NCBI GenBank assembly: GCA_903847915.1
Contig: CAINEW010000022.1
Coordinates: 1,268 to 65,267, forward strand
Direction: 5' to 3'
Source of the DNA: an uncultured bacterium
Lineage (GTDB): Bacteria; Patescibacteriota; Minisyncoccia; UBA6257; GWB1-50-10
DNA: 64,000 nucleotides
A model generated the notes under the pieces. The model saw only the letters and a list, made by a program, of their open reading frames with translations, was not told where the DNA came from and did no database searches. Both the position numbers and the translations under genes were made by a program. Shown one piece after another: positions 11,703 through 22,037 of the stretch (within the stretch, counting starts at the first letter, position 1; each line of letters starts with the position of its first letter).

Positions 11703-11775
11703 GGATCAGTAGCTTAGTGGTTAAAGCTCCGAGCTTATACCTCGGCGACCGAAGGTTCAAATCCTTCCTGATCCA
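11703..11775 (+). tRNA. tRNA-Ile(TAT)
   Basis: Acceptor GGATCAG/CTGATCC, anticodon arm CCGAG-CT TAT AC-CTCGG, T-loop TTCAAAT. Confidence 0.88.
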
Positions 11776-11777
11776 CA

Positions 11778-11855
11778 AGCGTCTTACTTGCCTCGCCGAA
11801 GCTTTAGCGAAGGCAGGTACACGCTAGGTTCCAGGTTCGAATCCCGGCATGCCCA
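11778..11855 (+). pseudogene. 3' fragment of a second tRNA-Ile(TAT)-like gene interrupted in the anticodon
   Basis: AGCGT-CTTA-[31 bp, 11787..11817]-TAC-ACGCT, T-arm CCAGGTTCGAATCCCGG, 3' acceptor CATGCCCA; no 5' half. Confidence 0.7.
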
Positions 11856-11874
11856 CACGAGCACATAGCTCGTA

Positions 11875-11989
11875 TTATCTAATTAGGGCGGTTAGCTTCG
11901 GCCCAAGGCCGATCCGCCTAGGGCGGACAGCGGTACCCGCCAGAATGACTTGTCGGGCTGGAGTCGGGCAGGGAGCAACTTTTTTACAC
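11875..11989 (+). pseudogene. duplicated 5' half of tRNA-Val(TAC) with two palindromic inserts
   Basis: TTATCTAATTAGGGCGGTTAGCT is identical to 11991..12013; inserts at 11898..11927 and 11936..11972. Confidence 0.8.
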
Positions 11990-12001
11990 GTTATCTAATT
12001 A

Positions 12002-12076
12002 GGGCGGTTAGCTCAGTGGTAGAGCAACACTTTTACACAGTGAAGGTCATAGGTTCAAATCCTATACCGCCCACCA
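12002..12076 (+). tRNA. tRNA-Val(TAC)
   Basis: GGGCGGT/ACCGCCC acceptor, anticodon loop TT TAC AC, encoded CCA. Confidence 0.93.
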
Positions 12077-12083
12077 AAACATT

Positions 12084-13907
12084 ATGTGTGGCATTGTTGG
12101 ATATATAGGCAAAGAGCAATCACTCCCCATTCTTCTGAATGGGTTGAAAGCGCTTGAATATCGTGGATATGACTCTGCGGGCGTGGCAATAGGAGACAAA
12201 GGAACAATAACTATCAAAAAAGCAGTGGGACAAGTAAAAGTATTAGAGTCGTCATTAGCTACCGACCATCCTATCCAAGGAACTATTGGTATTGGTCACA
12301 CTCGTTGGGCAACACACGGAGTGCCGAATGAACTGAACGCACATCCGCACAGTGATTGTAAAGGACGCATCGCAGTCGTGCATAATGGCATTATTGAAAA
12401 TTACAAAGAACTCAAAACATATTTAGAGAATCATGGACATATATTTAGATCAGACACGGATACCGAAATAGTGCCTCATCTTATTGAAGATTTTTTAAAC
12501 AAAAGAAATAATTTCGATTCCGCGCTTTTTGATGCATTGAAAATGATACGAGGCGCCTATGCACTCGTGATTATGGACGCAGAAAATCCTACCACGCTTT
12601 ATGCAACCAAACGCTCAAGTCCGTTAGTTATCGGCGTGGGAAATAACGAAAATTTTTTAGCGTCTGACCCTTCTGCGCTCATCGGAAAAACAAAAGACGT
12701 AATTTATTTAAACGATGGAGAGGTGGCAACCATCACAAGTGAAAATATTAGTGTGGTAAATATTGAACAACAAAAAACGTCATTTGAAATTGTCCGTTTA
12801 GAATGGGATTTGGAACAATCACAAAAAGGCAACTTCCCTCATTTTATGTTGAAAGAAATTTTTGAAGGACCGGAAGTAGTGCGCTCTACCTTTAGAGGAA
12901 GAATAAAAAGTGAAGATAATTTGGTGAAATTAGGAGGATTGGATCAAGTGAGAGATAAGTTAAAAGACACAAAAAGAATACTCATTCTTGCCTGTGGGAC
13001 GTCCTACTATGCCGGGCTCGTGGGCGAATATCTTTTTGAAGAAATTGCAGGCATTCCTACCGAAGTGCATTTTGCTTCAGAATTTCGTTATCGCGAAGAA
13101 CCGTTTGATGAAGGAACGATAGCGATTGTGATTTCGCAATCAGGAGAAACTGCCGATACCCTTGCCGCACTCCATAAAGCCAAAGAGTATGGATTGATGA
13201 CTTTAAGTGTAGTGAATACTGTGGGGTCTACCATTGCACGTGAATCAGATGCGGGGGTCTACAATCACGCAGGCCCAGAAATTGGTGTGGCATCCACGAA
13301 ATCATTTCTCTCACAGTTAACCGTACTTGTGATGATAGCGATTTATTTTTCAAAAGATAAATCAAAAACACAGCTTATTTTGGAAGAACTTGAAAAGATT
13401 CCAGAAAAAATAGAAAAGATTTTGGCGCAATCTGAATTATTGAAAAAGCTCGCAGAAAAGTACAATCACTACGAACACTTCCTTTTTCTTGGGCGACGTT
13501 ACAATTATCCAGTCGCATTAGAAGGCGCATTAAAATTAAAAGAAATATCCTATATGCACGCCGAGGGCTATGGCGCGGGTGAGATGAAACACGGTCCGAT
13601 TGCGATGATCAGTCCCGACTTCCCTACGATGGCAATCGTGCCCCATAATAGTGTGTCAGAAAAAATGATGTCTAACCTCGAAGAAATAAAAGCGCGTAAA
13701 GGAACTCTATTTGCCATCGCAACCGAAGGAGACACAACCATCGCCTCACTCGCAAACGACGTGTTCTATATTCCAAAAACGATAGAGCCACTAGAACCCC
13801 TTTTGACCGTAGTCCCCCTCCAGCTGTTTGCTTATTATGTGGGCACACAACGAGGATTTGATGTAGATAAGCCAAGAAACCTCGCAAAATCCGTCACAGT
13901 GGAATAG
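12084..13907 (+). CDS. glmS: glutamine--fructose-6-phosphate aminotransferase
   Basis: MCGIVGY start, GHTRWATHG, C-terminal PRNLAKSVTVE. Confidence 0.98.
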   Translation: MCGIVGYIGKEQSLPILLNGLKALEYRGYDSAGVAIGDKGTITIKKAVGQVKVLESSLATDHPIQGTIGIGHTRWATHGVPNELNAHPHSDCKGRIAVVHNGIIENYKELKTYLENHGHIFRSDTDTEIVPHLIEDFLNKRNNFDSALFDALKMIRGAYALVIMDAENPTTLYATKRSSPLVIGVGNNENFLASDPSALIGKTKDVIYLNDGEVATITSENISVVNIEQQKTSFEIVRLEWDLEQSQKGNFPHFMLKEIFEGPEVVRSTFRGRIKSEDNLVKLGGLDQVRDKLKDTKRILILACGTSYYAGLVGEYLFEEIAGIPTEVHFASEFRYREEPFDEGTIAIVISQSGETADTLAALHKAKEYGLMTLSVVNTVGSTIARESDAGVYNHAGPEIGVASTKSFLSQLTVLVMIAIYFSKDKSKTQLILEELEKIPEKIEKILAQSELLKKLAEKYNHYEHFLFLGRRYNYPVALEGALKLKEISYMHAEGYGAGEMKHGPIAMISPDFPTMAIVPHNSVSEKMMSNLEEIKARKGTLFAIATEGDTTIASLANDVFYIPKTIEPLEPLLTVVPLQLFAYYVGTQRGFDVDKPRNLAKSVTVE

Positions 13908-14018
13908 TAAAAAATTGGAACAAATAAAATATTGACATTTTATCATCTATTATGCTATAATAGAAGAAGATATTAGAGTAATTTTTATTAACAATTCAAT
14001 TAAAGAAAGGGTTCAGAA

Positions 14019-15638
14019 ATGAAACATCTTTTGGTATTTTTGATGCTTTTTATGGGTGTCACTCTCAACGCACAGTGGGTTTCAGATCCCACCGTGAATA
14101 CTCCACTTGTGACAGGTAATTATGATGAGTTCTCGCCTATCATGGTTCCGTGCGCAGGAGGGTTTTATGTCGTGTACAAGAGAGATAATTTTCTTGTCCC
14201 CGCATATTTCGTTCAAAGATTTAATGTGTTGGGTTATCCGTGTTGGCAAGCGCCGATACGGATTATAGACACACTCTACGAACAGGATGATAACGCCGTG
14301 GCGTTCTCTGATGGAAAGCAAGGTGTCGTAATCGGCATGGGAGTGTGGCTAGATCGCGAACGGATTATTGCGCAACGTATTGATTCAAACGGCGCACGTC
14401 GCTTTGGCAATAATGGCACACTACTTTGCACCGCATCATCTACACAAAAAAATCCGGAAGGCATCATTCTTGATGACTCTCTCATTTTTTTCGCATGGGA
14501 AGATTATCGTGCGAGTGAAAATGATGTGTACGGTGCAATGCTTGATATGAACGGCAATCTCAAATGGTCATCTTCCGGCAAGGCGCTATGCACTGCAGGA
14601 GGAACACAAAGAGATATCGCACTCGCACGCGGGAACAATTCAATTATTCTTGTGTGGCGCGACGAACGTTCGTCTGCTCCTGGTATCTACGCACAAAGAG
14701 TTTCTGCAGAAGGAACGACGATGTGGCAGATAAACGGAAATAAAGTGGGGCTTGATTACAATCCTTACAATGTACATGTTCTTGCGACCACATTTGGAAT
14801 CTATATCGGATGGACGGGAATCACCGATTTCGGTTCGTATCCCGATATACGATTCAGAAAAACAACATGGAATGGAGATACGCTTTTAGAAAGGCGTTTT
14901 GTGACTCACGGCGTGCAAAAGAATATTCAATTCTTTTTTGTGCCGGACAGTACTTTGCGATTCCTCGCGTTGTACGAACAAAATGATTCTCTAATGGCAG
15001 GATCGTTCTATGACGATACGGTGACGCAATTACATTCGTCATTACTCGTAAAGCAAAGTGAACCGCATTACGCGTTCGCGCGAAGCGATACGGCGCTTAC
15101 GGTGGTATGGGAAGATACGCGATTTGGAGGAAAAGATATCTATGGACAATCGTTCAATTTATTTTCATTACAACGATTATGGGAGCAAGGTGGTGTGCCA
15201 ATTTCCTTACGAAGTGGCAACCAAACAAACCCAGCAATCGTGCCAATAGAAAATGGATATGTGGTAGTATTTCAAACGCCAACCAATCTTCAGTCCGATA
15301 TTTATGGTCAAAAACTAAATCAGGACGGAACGTTGGGTATGATAACAAATGTGAATGGTGAAGAAAATAAACCACGTACATCTGAATTATTGCAAAATTA
15401 TCCGAATCCATTCAATCCCATCACTACCATTCACTATGTCCTCCCCCGCACCACATTTGTCACACTTAAGGTGTTTAATGTGATAGGTCAGGAAGTAGCG
15501 ACGTTGGTACGCGAGCAAAAAGAGTCAGGAAATCAGAGTGTAGTATTTGATGCCTCACTCCTTACTTCCGGAATCTATTATTATTGTTTAAGCACTGATT
15601 ATTTCACCGAAACCAAAAAAATGGTGCTGGTGAAATAA
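14019..15638 (+). CDS. secreted repeat protein with C-terminal T9SS type A sorting (Por secretion tail) domain
   Basis: Signal peptide; repeated VWEDxR...DIYGQ units; C-terminal LQNYPNPFNPITTI...SGIYYY...TKKMVLVK. Confidence 0.88.
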   Translation: MKHLLVFLMLFMGVTLNAQWVSDPTVNTPLVTGNYDEFSPIMVPCAGGFYVVYKRDNFLVPAYFVQRFNVLGYPCWQAPIRIIDTLYEQDDNAVAFSDGKQGVVIGMGVWLDRERIIAQRIDSNGARRFGNNGTLLCTASSTQKNPEGIILDDSLIFFAWEDYRASENDVYGAMLDMNGNLKWSSSGKALCTAGGTQRDIALARGNNSIILVWRDERSSAPGIYAQRVSAEGTTMWQINGNKVGLDYNPYNVHVLATTFGIYIGWTGITDFGSYPDIRFRKTTWNGDTLLERRFVTHGVQKNIQFFFVPDSTLRFLALYEQNDSLMAGSFYDDTVTQLHSSLLVKQSEPHYAFARSDTALTVVWEDTRFGGKDIYGQSFNLFSLQRLWEQGGVPISLRSGNQTNPAIVPIENGYVVVFQTPTNLQSDIYGQKLNQDGTLGMITNVNGEENKPRTSELLQNYPNPFNPITTIHYVLPRTTFVTLKVFNVIGQEVATLVREQKESGNQSVVFDASLLTSGIYYYCLSTDYFTETKKMVLVK

Positions 15639-15658
15639 TAAAAACGTATATTAACGTA

Positions 15659-15688
15659 AAAAGCTGTCAGAATATTGGCAGCTTTTTT
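15659..15688 (+). terminator. intrinsic terminator
   Basis: AAGCTGTCA-loop-TGGCAGCTT followed by a T-tract. Confidence 0.7.
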
Positions 15689-15753
15689 AATATAAAAAAG
15701 ACAATAATAAGGTTTTTTTGACAAACAGCACGAGCACGAGTATTTTGAGAGGA

Positions 15754-16236
15754 ATGGATAATCTGTTTTGTAACGCAGTGGGGTTAAAAATAAACGTAGA
15801 AAGCGTGGTACGCGAAATTATTGACTTTATGGCGATGCAACCGAATCGTCACTATACGATTGTGGTCGGCACCGATTCCCAACTCCTCCCTTCAAAACAT
15901 GCGGATTTTGTAAGTGCGATTGTGGTGCATCGTGTGGGCAACGGAGGAAAATATTTTTGGCGCGGATTTGAGTTAGGGATGTTCCATACACTCCGCGATC
16001 GTATTATCAAAGAAGTGCTCCTCTCGCTTGAAGTGGCGCACGATCTCCTTACGCGTTTGAAAGAAGCGGGAGCCGCCTATCAATGGGATTTTGAAATTCA
16101 TGCAGACGTGGGTGAACATGGCCCCACAAAAGCATTAATTCAGGAAGTTACAGGAATGGTGCGCGCACATCGTTTTGAAGTAAAAACAAAACCGGGGAGC
16201 TACGCAGCGACGAATGTGGCAGATCGACATGTGTAG
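15754..16236 (+). CDS. ribonuclease H-like YkuK family protein (DUF458)
   Basis: IVVGTDSQ, EIHADVG..GPT, KPGSYAATNVADRH motifs. Confidence 0.88.
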   Translation: MDNLFCNAVGLKINVESVVREIIDFMAMQPNRHYTIVVGTDSQLLPSKHADFVSAIVVHRVGNGGKYFWRGFELGMFHTLRDRIIKEVLLSLEVAHDLLTRLKEAGAAYQWDFEIHADVGEHGPTKALIQEVTGMVRAHRFEVKTKPGSYAATNVADRHV

Positions 16237-16283
16237 AAATAGATATTGGTTACTCGCCACTAATGCTCTAGTGGCAAATACCT

Positions 16284-16853
16284 ATGGCTGATAAATTAGT
16301 ATTTGATATAGAAACAAAAAATTCGTTTGCGGATGTCGGGGGCCAGCAAAACCTCCGTGATTTAGAGGTGTCTGTGGTAGGCGTCTACTCGTATAATGAA
16401 GACACGTATTATTGTTTTGACGAACACGAAATGGATAAGTTGGGGGCGATGTTACAAAACGCCTATCTCCTCATCGGATTTTATAGTAAAAAATTTGATA
16501 TTCCGGTGTTAGAAAAATATTTTAATTTTAATATCACCAAAATCCCCCACTGTGACATTTTAGAAGAAATTGAAAAAGTGATGAAAAAAAGAATTGGGCT
16601 GGGATTACTCGCAGAGGCGAATGTTGGTGCAGGAAAAACAGGTCATGGATTAGAATCGATTGATCTCTACAAACAAGGGAAGATACAAGAGCTCAAGGAT
16701 TATTGTGTGAATGACGTAAAGATTACAAAACAGATTTATGATATTATAATAACGAAGGGTGAATTGTGGATCCCTCAAAAAAATACCTCCACGATGGCAA
16801 AAATCACCATTCCTTATAGAGAAATCAACGCCCCACAGGCACAACTTATATAA
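16284..16853 (+). CDS. RNase H-like (DEDD, RNase_H_2/YprB-like) exonuclease domain protein
   Basis: VFDIETK, GFYSKKFDIP, YCVNDVKIT acidic motifs. Confidence 0.85.
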   Translation: MADKLVFDIETKNSFADVGGQQNLRDLEVSVVGVYSYNEDTYYCFDEHEMDKLGAMLQNAYLLIGFYSKKFDIPVLEKYFNFNITKIPHCDILEEIEKVMKKRIGLGLLAEANVGAGKTGHGLESIDLYKQGKIQELKDYCVNDVKITKQIYDIIITKGELWIPQKNTSTMAKITIPYREINAPQAQLI

Positions 16854-16858
16854 ACACC

Positions 16859-17140
16859 ATGAAAGCCAATAATCCTATTATAAAAACAGTTGTCTATGTC
16901 ACTATTGCAGGTACCGTGCTAGCCTACGTTCCCCTCCTTTTCACTCCTAAAACGTCTACGCCTACCAATCAACCCCCTGCACCCCTAGAAGCGCAGACAA
17001 AACAGGTGGTAGTACCTTTTTTAGATAAAGAGAAATCATCTGAAACAACAACATCTACACCTACATCTACCAAACAAATTCCCACATTAGAAGGATTTTC
17101 TGATTTAGGGAAAGAAGCGGAGTTATTAAACGGACGATAA
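16859..17140 (+). CDS. hypothetical membrane-anchored protein
   Basis: N-terminal TM, Thr/Pro-rich, operonic spacing. Confidence 0.6.
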   Translation: MKANNPIIKTVVYVTIAGTVLAYVPLLFTPKTSTPTNQPPAPLEAQTKQVVVPFLDKEKSSETTTSTPTSTKQIPTLEGFSDLGKEAELLNGR

Positions 17141-17148
17141 TAGCAATA

Positions 17149-17173
17149 AAAACCCCTTCATGCGAAGGGGGTT
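17149..17173. terminator. bidirectional terminator
   Basis: AACCCCTTC-loop-GAAGGGGGTT between convergent ORFs. Confidence 0.65.
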
Positions 17174-17465
17174 AGTCGTAGTTGATTCCCATATCTTTTT
17201 TCTTTGCTCTCTGAACGACGTCAGAATCAACAAAACCTCTCCAAAGATTAATTTCTCCATTATCAGTGATAATATAATAATGATGATAGAGAGCGATCTC
17301 ATTATTCACTTCCACTTGTGGCGGATAAGATTCCCCTCGCCTCCTTTTTTCTTGAAGCGTTTTCCATTCATTAAGAAATTGAAGAAAAACTTTTTTAGGA
17401 AGAAGCGGCCTATTTTCGATAAAACAAAGAATATCAAAAGCGTTTTTTTGGTTAATACAAACCAT
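17172..17465 (-). CDS. orphan hypothetical protein
   Basis: Own TTGACA promoter and GAAAGGA Shine-Dalgarno upstream. Confidence 0.6.
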   Translation of the reverse strand: MVCINQKNAFDILCFIENRPLLPKKVFLQFLNEWKTLQEKRRRGESYPPQVEVNNEIALYHHYYIITDNGEINLWRGFVDSDVVQRAKKKDMGINYD

Positions 17466-17733
17466 TATCTATTTCCTTTCTATTGTTAAAGATGAGGGAA
17501 TGATAGAGGAAAAATAAACGCATGTCAATTTTTCAATAGAAAAAATGATAGAGAGAAAAGAAAAGTTGAGTGAACGTCCATTGTTATAAAGATATTCCAT
17601 GGCAAATTGCCCGCACACAAGAAGGGATATTACGTTGTGTAATTAATCCTACCAATATTAACATTCCTCACTATGAAGTGTGGTGGTTTTAAAAAGTAAA
17701 CATAAAAATCGTCTATTTTATTCGGCGATTTTT

Positions 17734-18768
17734 TTATTCTGGTTCTGCGAGCACTCCTCCTTTTTCTGCTGCTTCAGTCGTTTTCTTTTTAATTTCTTGA
17801 AGTATTTTTCTATCCTCCTTTAATTTCATGCGCACATTTTCAAATCCCACACCTAATTTTTCTGCTCCAAAACTGTAACTCGCGCCCGACTTCGTAATCA
17901 CATTATATTTGAGCGCGGTATTAAAAATATCTGCTTCATAGGAAATCCCTTCACCGTACATAATATCAAACTCTGCAATCTTAAACGGAGGAGCTACTTT
18001 GTTTTTTACTACTTTTGCTTTCGTGCGATTCCCTACAATTTCCTCGCCCTTCTTTATTTGTGCTAATCGACGTACATCGATACGAACGGATGCATAAAAT
18101 TTAAGTGCCATACCTCCCGGCGTCGTTTCCGGATTACCAAACATAATGCCGATCTTCATACGAATTTGGTTAATGAAAATAACAATCGTGCCTGATTTTG
18201 CTGAAATAGCAGTGAGTTTTCGTAATGCTTGGGAAAGGAGGCGTGCTTGAAGACCCATATGCGAGGCGCCCATCTCCCCTTCAATTTCAGCGCGTGGGGT
18301 AAGAGCGGCCACAGAGTCCACTACTACCAAACTAATCATGCCTGAACGCACCAAGCTTTCTACAATATTAAGCGCTTCCTCTCCATTATCTGGTTGAGAG
18401 ATTACCAATTCTTTCACTTTAACCCCAATGCGGGCGGCATATTCAGGATCAAGGGCGTGCTCTGCATCAATAAATGCTGCCTTTCCTCCCCTCTTTTGAA
18501 CTTCAGCAACCGCATGGAGAGCGAGGGTAGTTTTCCCGGAGCTTTCTGGTCCAAAAATTTCAATAACACGTCCCTTAGGAAGTCCACCGCCAAGTGCAAG
18601 ATCAAGCGAAAATGATCCAGAGGGAATGGTTTCCACACGCGCATGGTGTTCATCGCCCATCTTCATGATAGACCCCTCTCCAAAACGTTCTTGGAGGGAA
18701 GCAATAAGCGAGGCGAGGTCGCGATCGGGCTCTTTTTCTTTAGTTGTTTTCTTCGATTGAGGAGGCAT
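17734..18768 (-). CDS. recA: recombinase RecA
   Basis: [37 protein letters not shown]; likely start MPPQSKK. Confidence 0.98.
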   Translation of the reverse strand: MPPQSKKTTKEKEPDRDLASLIASLQERFGEGSIMKMGDEHHARVETIPSGSFSLDLALGGGLPKGRVIEIFGPESSGKTTLALHAVAEVQKRGGKAAFIDAEHALDPEYAARIGVKVKELVISQPDNGEEALNIVESLVRSGMISLVVVDSVAALTPRAEIEGEMGASHMGLQARLLSQALRKLTAISAKSGTIVIFINQIRMKIGIMFGNPETTPGGMALKFYASVRIDVRRLAQIKKGEEIVGNRTKAKVVKNKVAPPFKIAEFDIMYGEGISYEADIFNTALKYNVITKSGASYSFGAEKLGVGFENVRMKLKEDRKILQEIKKKTTEAAEKGGVLAEPE

Positions 18769-19447
18769 TGGTGGTAGTGGTACGAGAAGTTGAGGTGGAA
18801 GTAGATGAGGCGGGACGATACGAAATTTGATAAATCGTTTCACGTGATTTTCCAAACTTTTTTTCAACGTGAAATGTAAAGGTGTTGAGCCCCGGCTCCA
18901 GCGTCACTTGTTTTTCAAAATCACCCTTCTCATCAGAATAAACGACTTCGCCATTGACCGTCAATTGGTCGTGTGGGGATATTGTTCCTTTAAGAATAAA
19001 AGAGGGATTCGTCACCACTGCAGTCGTTTCAATAGGACGAAGAGAGAGGAGGGGTTCTTGAGTAAAATATGGGAGACGAAAAAAAATATAACCAAGAATA
19101 AGGATAATAATACTTCCTGCAATATACCAACGGAGAGAAGAACGAAGAAATCTATTTTGAGGAATTATATCTTGTTCTCCAGAGCGTCGAAGAAGGGGGT
19201 GATTTTTAAAATAATTATTCCACACTTCCTCGCCTTCAAGTGAAAGTGCGTCAGCTATTTTGAGAATATAACCATGCATATAAGGTGCTGCCGGAAGTTC
19301 CTTAAAACGCTCTTCAAGAAGAAGGGTGATAAAACGATCAGAAATACCAGTTATTTGAGCAAGTTTTTCTTGGTTTATTCCTTTTGCACGAAGCGCACTA
19401 TTAAGAAGTGCACCAAGACCATGTTCGTTTATCTGTTCGGGAGGCAT
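18740..19447 (-). CDS. RodZ-like HTH membrane protein with C-terminal Ig-like domain
   Basis: N-terminal XRE HTH with [11 protein letters not shown], one [10 protein letters not shown] Ig-like tail; lies between ftsK and recA. Confidence 0.8.
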   Translation of the reverse strand: MPPEQINEHGLGALLNSALRAKGINQEKLAQITGISDRFITLLLEERFKELPAAPYMHGYILKIADALSLEGEEVWNNYFKNHPLLRRSGEQDIIPQNRFLRSSLRWYIAGSIIILILGYIFFRLPYFTQEPLLSLRPIETTAVVTNPSFILKGTISPHDQLTVNGEVVYSDEKGDFEKQVTLEPGLNTFTFHVEKKFGKSRETIYQISYRPASSTSTSTSRTTTTNASSIEENN

Positions 19448-19465
19448 AATATTTTTAAGTATACA

Positions 19466-21544
19466 CTATAAAAGAATGTCTCGTGGTTTCGCTCCTTCGC
19501 CCTTCCCCACTACGCCTCGTTCCTCCATCATATCAATAAGACGTGCCGCACGTGCATAGCCAACCTTAAGTCTTCGCTGAAGAAGCGAAGCAGATGCTTT
19601 TTGCGCGGAGCGAACCACCTCAACCGCTTCTTCATATAATTCATCGTCATCACCTGATGCTTCATAATTATCAAACGAAAGAGGCAAAGGACCAGAATCT
19701 TCGTCGCCACTTTCTCCATTGGTTTGTGCACCTAAACTAATCAACCCCTCCGCAATATCATTATTTTTCAAAATAAACGTAGACACTTTTTTAATCTCTT
19801 CTTCTGTAATGAATGAACCTTGAATACGTGTGGGTTTTGATTTGTCTGCGGACACAAAAAGCAAATCACCATGTCCTAATAATTTTTCTGCGCCCGCGCT
19901 ATCCAAAATAGTGCGCGAGTCAATTTGACTTGCTACTTGGAGTGCAATGCGCGTAGTAATGTTCGCCTTAATAAGTCCTGTAATAACTTCCACCGAAGGA
20001 CGCTGTGTGGAGACAATCATATGAATCCCTGTTGCGCGTGCCATCTGCGCTAATCGAATAATCGCAGCTTCCACTTCCCTGCCATAAGTGGACATCAAAT
20101 CTGCAAGTTCATCAATCACAATAAGAATAAATGGAAGCGGCTCTTTAGAAGATTTATTAAAGCTTTTAATATCACGTGAACCTGCTTCAAGAAGAAGTTG
20201 ATAACGACGGTCCATTTCTTCAATCGCCCATCGTAATGCCCCCATCGCTTTTTTATTTTCTTTCACAACCGGCGCAATCAAATGAGGAATATTGTCATAT
20301 ACAGAAAGTTCTACACGTTTCGGATCAATCATGATCATACGTAACATATCAGGAGAGTTTCTATAAAGAAGAGAAATAATAATAGAATGAATGGTAATAG
20401 ATTTTCCTGAACCAGTGGCACCCGCGATAAGCATGTGAGGCATCTTGGTAATATCAGGCATCACCGGATCGCCATTTACATTACGTCCTAACATGAAACT
20501 TAATCCTTCTGATTTTTGAAATTCTGGATAAAGTAGTAAGCTGCCAAGGCGCACCACTGCTGCAGCTTTGTTGGGTACTTCAATGCCGACCAGTGATTTG
20601 CCGGGGATTGGTGCTTCAATACGAATAGGATGTGCGGCGAGCGCTAATGAAAGATCTTGACCTAACACCGTGATGCGCGAAAGTTTTACGCCCTCCGCGG
20701 GTTTCAACGTATAACGAGTAACGGTCGGACCCACATTAATCTCCCCCATCTCCACTGAAATACCAAAACTTTCTAGTGTGCGTTTAATAATATTTGCGTT
20801 TGCATGAAGATCGCCAATGGTGGGTTTTTCAATAGAAGAAACAAGAAGTGAAAGGGGCGGTGGAACATAATTACGAATTGGTTTTTGATCTTGGGGAGTG
20901 ATAGGCTCAAATCCTTTCGCGTCAACCGCCATTTCTTTTTTGTGATCATCTTTTTGTGGTTTTTTAATTTCATCTACAATGGGCGCTTGAGGCAAAGGTT
21001 CGGAAGGAAGCTTGATAGTCATAGCGTCCTTCATCATCTTTTTTTCTTCACGTTCTTCATTACGTCGAAAGATCGGTAATGCAAGTGGTTTATTAATCGT
21101 CACAAGAAATGAAGCGGCAAGAATACTGAACGTGATGACGAGTGACGCGGGCGTGCCAAAAGGATAACGAAGTGATCCCATCGCGACGCCGGTAAGTCCC
21201 CCACTGCCCGGTGAAATAATATCAATAAATCCCAAACTCGCGAGCACAAACAATCCCCCACTCACAAACGTGAGCCACAAGAGTTGCTTCCGTTCGGGAG
21301 AAAAAAAAGAAAACGCGATAAGAAAACTAGTAATCGGTAATAAGTAATAACCGATACCAAACAATTTTTCAAATAATGTATAAAATTGTTCTCCCAAAGG
21401 TCCTGCTTGACCTGCAGCGGCAAGGAGGAAAATTACTGTGAGTGCAAAAAATACCACGATCCATACACTCTTTTTAATATCAGGATGAAGATTCAATTCA
21501 AAATGAGTTTCTTCTGAATTATTTTTTTTATTCTTTTTTGCCAT
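19466..21544 (-). CDS. ftsK: DNA translocase FtsK/SpoIIIE
   Basis: 4TM N-terminus, AGATGSGKS, IDELADLM, gamma domain SASLLQRRLKVGYARAARLID. Confidence 0.97.
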   Translation of the reverse strand: MAKKNKKNNSEETHFELNLHPDIKKSVWIVVFFALTVIFLLAAAGQAGPLGEQFYTLFEKLFGIGYYLLPITSFLIAFSFFSPERKQLLWLTFVSGGLFVLASLGFIDIISPGSGGLTGVAMGSLRYPFGTPASLVITFSILAASFLVTINKPLALPIFRRNEEREEKKMMKDAMTIKLPSEPLPQAPIVDEIKKPQKDDHKKEMAVDAKGFEPITPQDQKPIRNYVPPPLSLLVSSIEKPTIGDLHANANIIKRTLESFGISVEMGEINVGPTVTRYTLKPAEGVKLSRITVLGQDLSLALAAHPIRIEAPIPGKSLVGIEVPNKAAAVVRLGSLLLYPEFQKSEGLSFMLGRNVNGDPVMPDITKMPHMLIAGATGSGKSITIHSIIISLLYRNSPDMLRMIMIDPKRVELSVYDNIPHLIAPVVKENKKAMGALRWAIEEMDRRYQLLLEAGSRDIKSFNKSSKEPLPFILIVIDELADLMSTYGREVEAAIIRLAQMARATGIHMIVSTQRPSVEVITGLIKANITTRIALQVASQIDSRTILDSAGAEKLLGHGDLLFVSADKSKPTRIQGSFITEEEIKKVSTFILKNNDIAEGLISLGAQTNGESGDEDSGPLPLSFDNYEASGDDDELYEEAVEVVRSAQKASASLLQRRLKVGYARAARLIDMMEERGVVGKGEGAKPRDILL

Positions 21545-22021
21545 TATCTCTATATTAAAGACGAAAAACTGGTATGGTGCAAGGTAAATTATTAATGAGT
21601 ATAAAATTATATAAGCAAATTTTAAAAAACATCTTCATGCAAAACTAGTGATAACCAACCTAAAAGATTCAAAGGAAGAAAAAATAGAACAATAGAGAGC
21701 GTCTATATTTTCCAGAAGACATAACCTTTATAAAATACATACCTTAAGCCATATTAACCAAAAAATCATCGCTCGACATAAAAGAACATTTTTATATACA
21801 TACCAATAATTTGAATGTATTAGGATATATAAAATAAATCAAAAAAGTGGAAAAACTCAATAAACCCGATAAAGTGGGAAAACCAGCTTTCAATGTTGAA
21901 AAATCGGATAAGTAGATAAAACCTACACTTTTCAAAAAATCCTTGTTAAACACTCAAAATTGTTTCACAAGCCGATAAGCTATATAAAACCTAGCTTATC
22001 GGGTTTTTGAGGTATGTATAA

Positions 22022-22037
22022 TGTTTCACGTTAAACA
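22022..22037. promoter_or_regulatory. candidate parS site
   Basis: TGTTTCACGTTAAACA, one mismatch to consensus TGTTTCACGTGAAACA. Confidence 0.6.

Noticed and set aside
11778-11855. Anticodon insert as a true tRNA intron in a functional gene
   Set aside because: The fragment lacks a 5' acceptor strand and D-arm, the insert is too short for a self-splicing intron, and an intact Ile(TAT) gene is adjacent.
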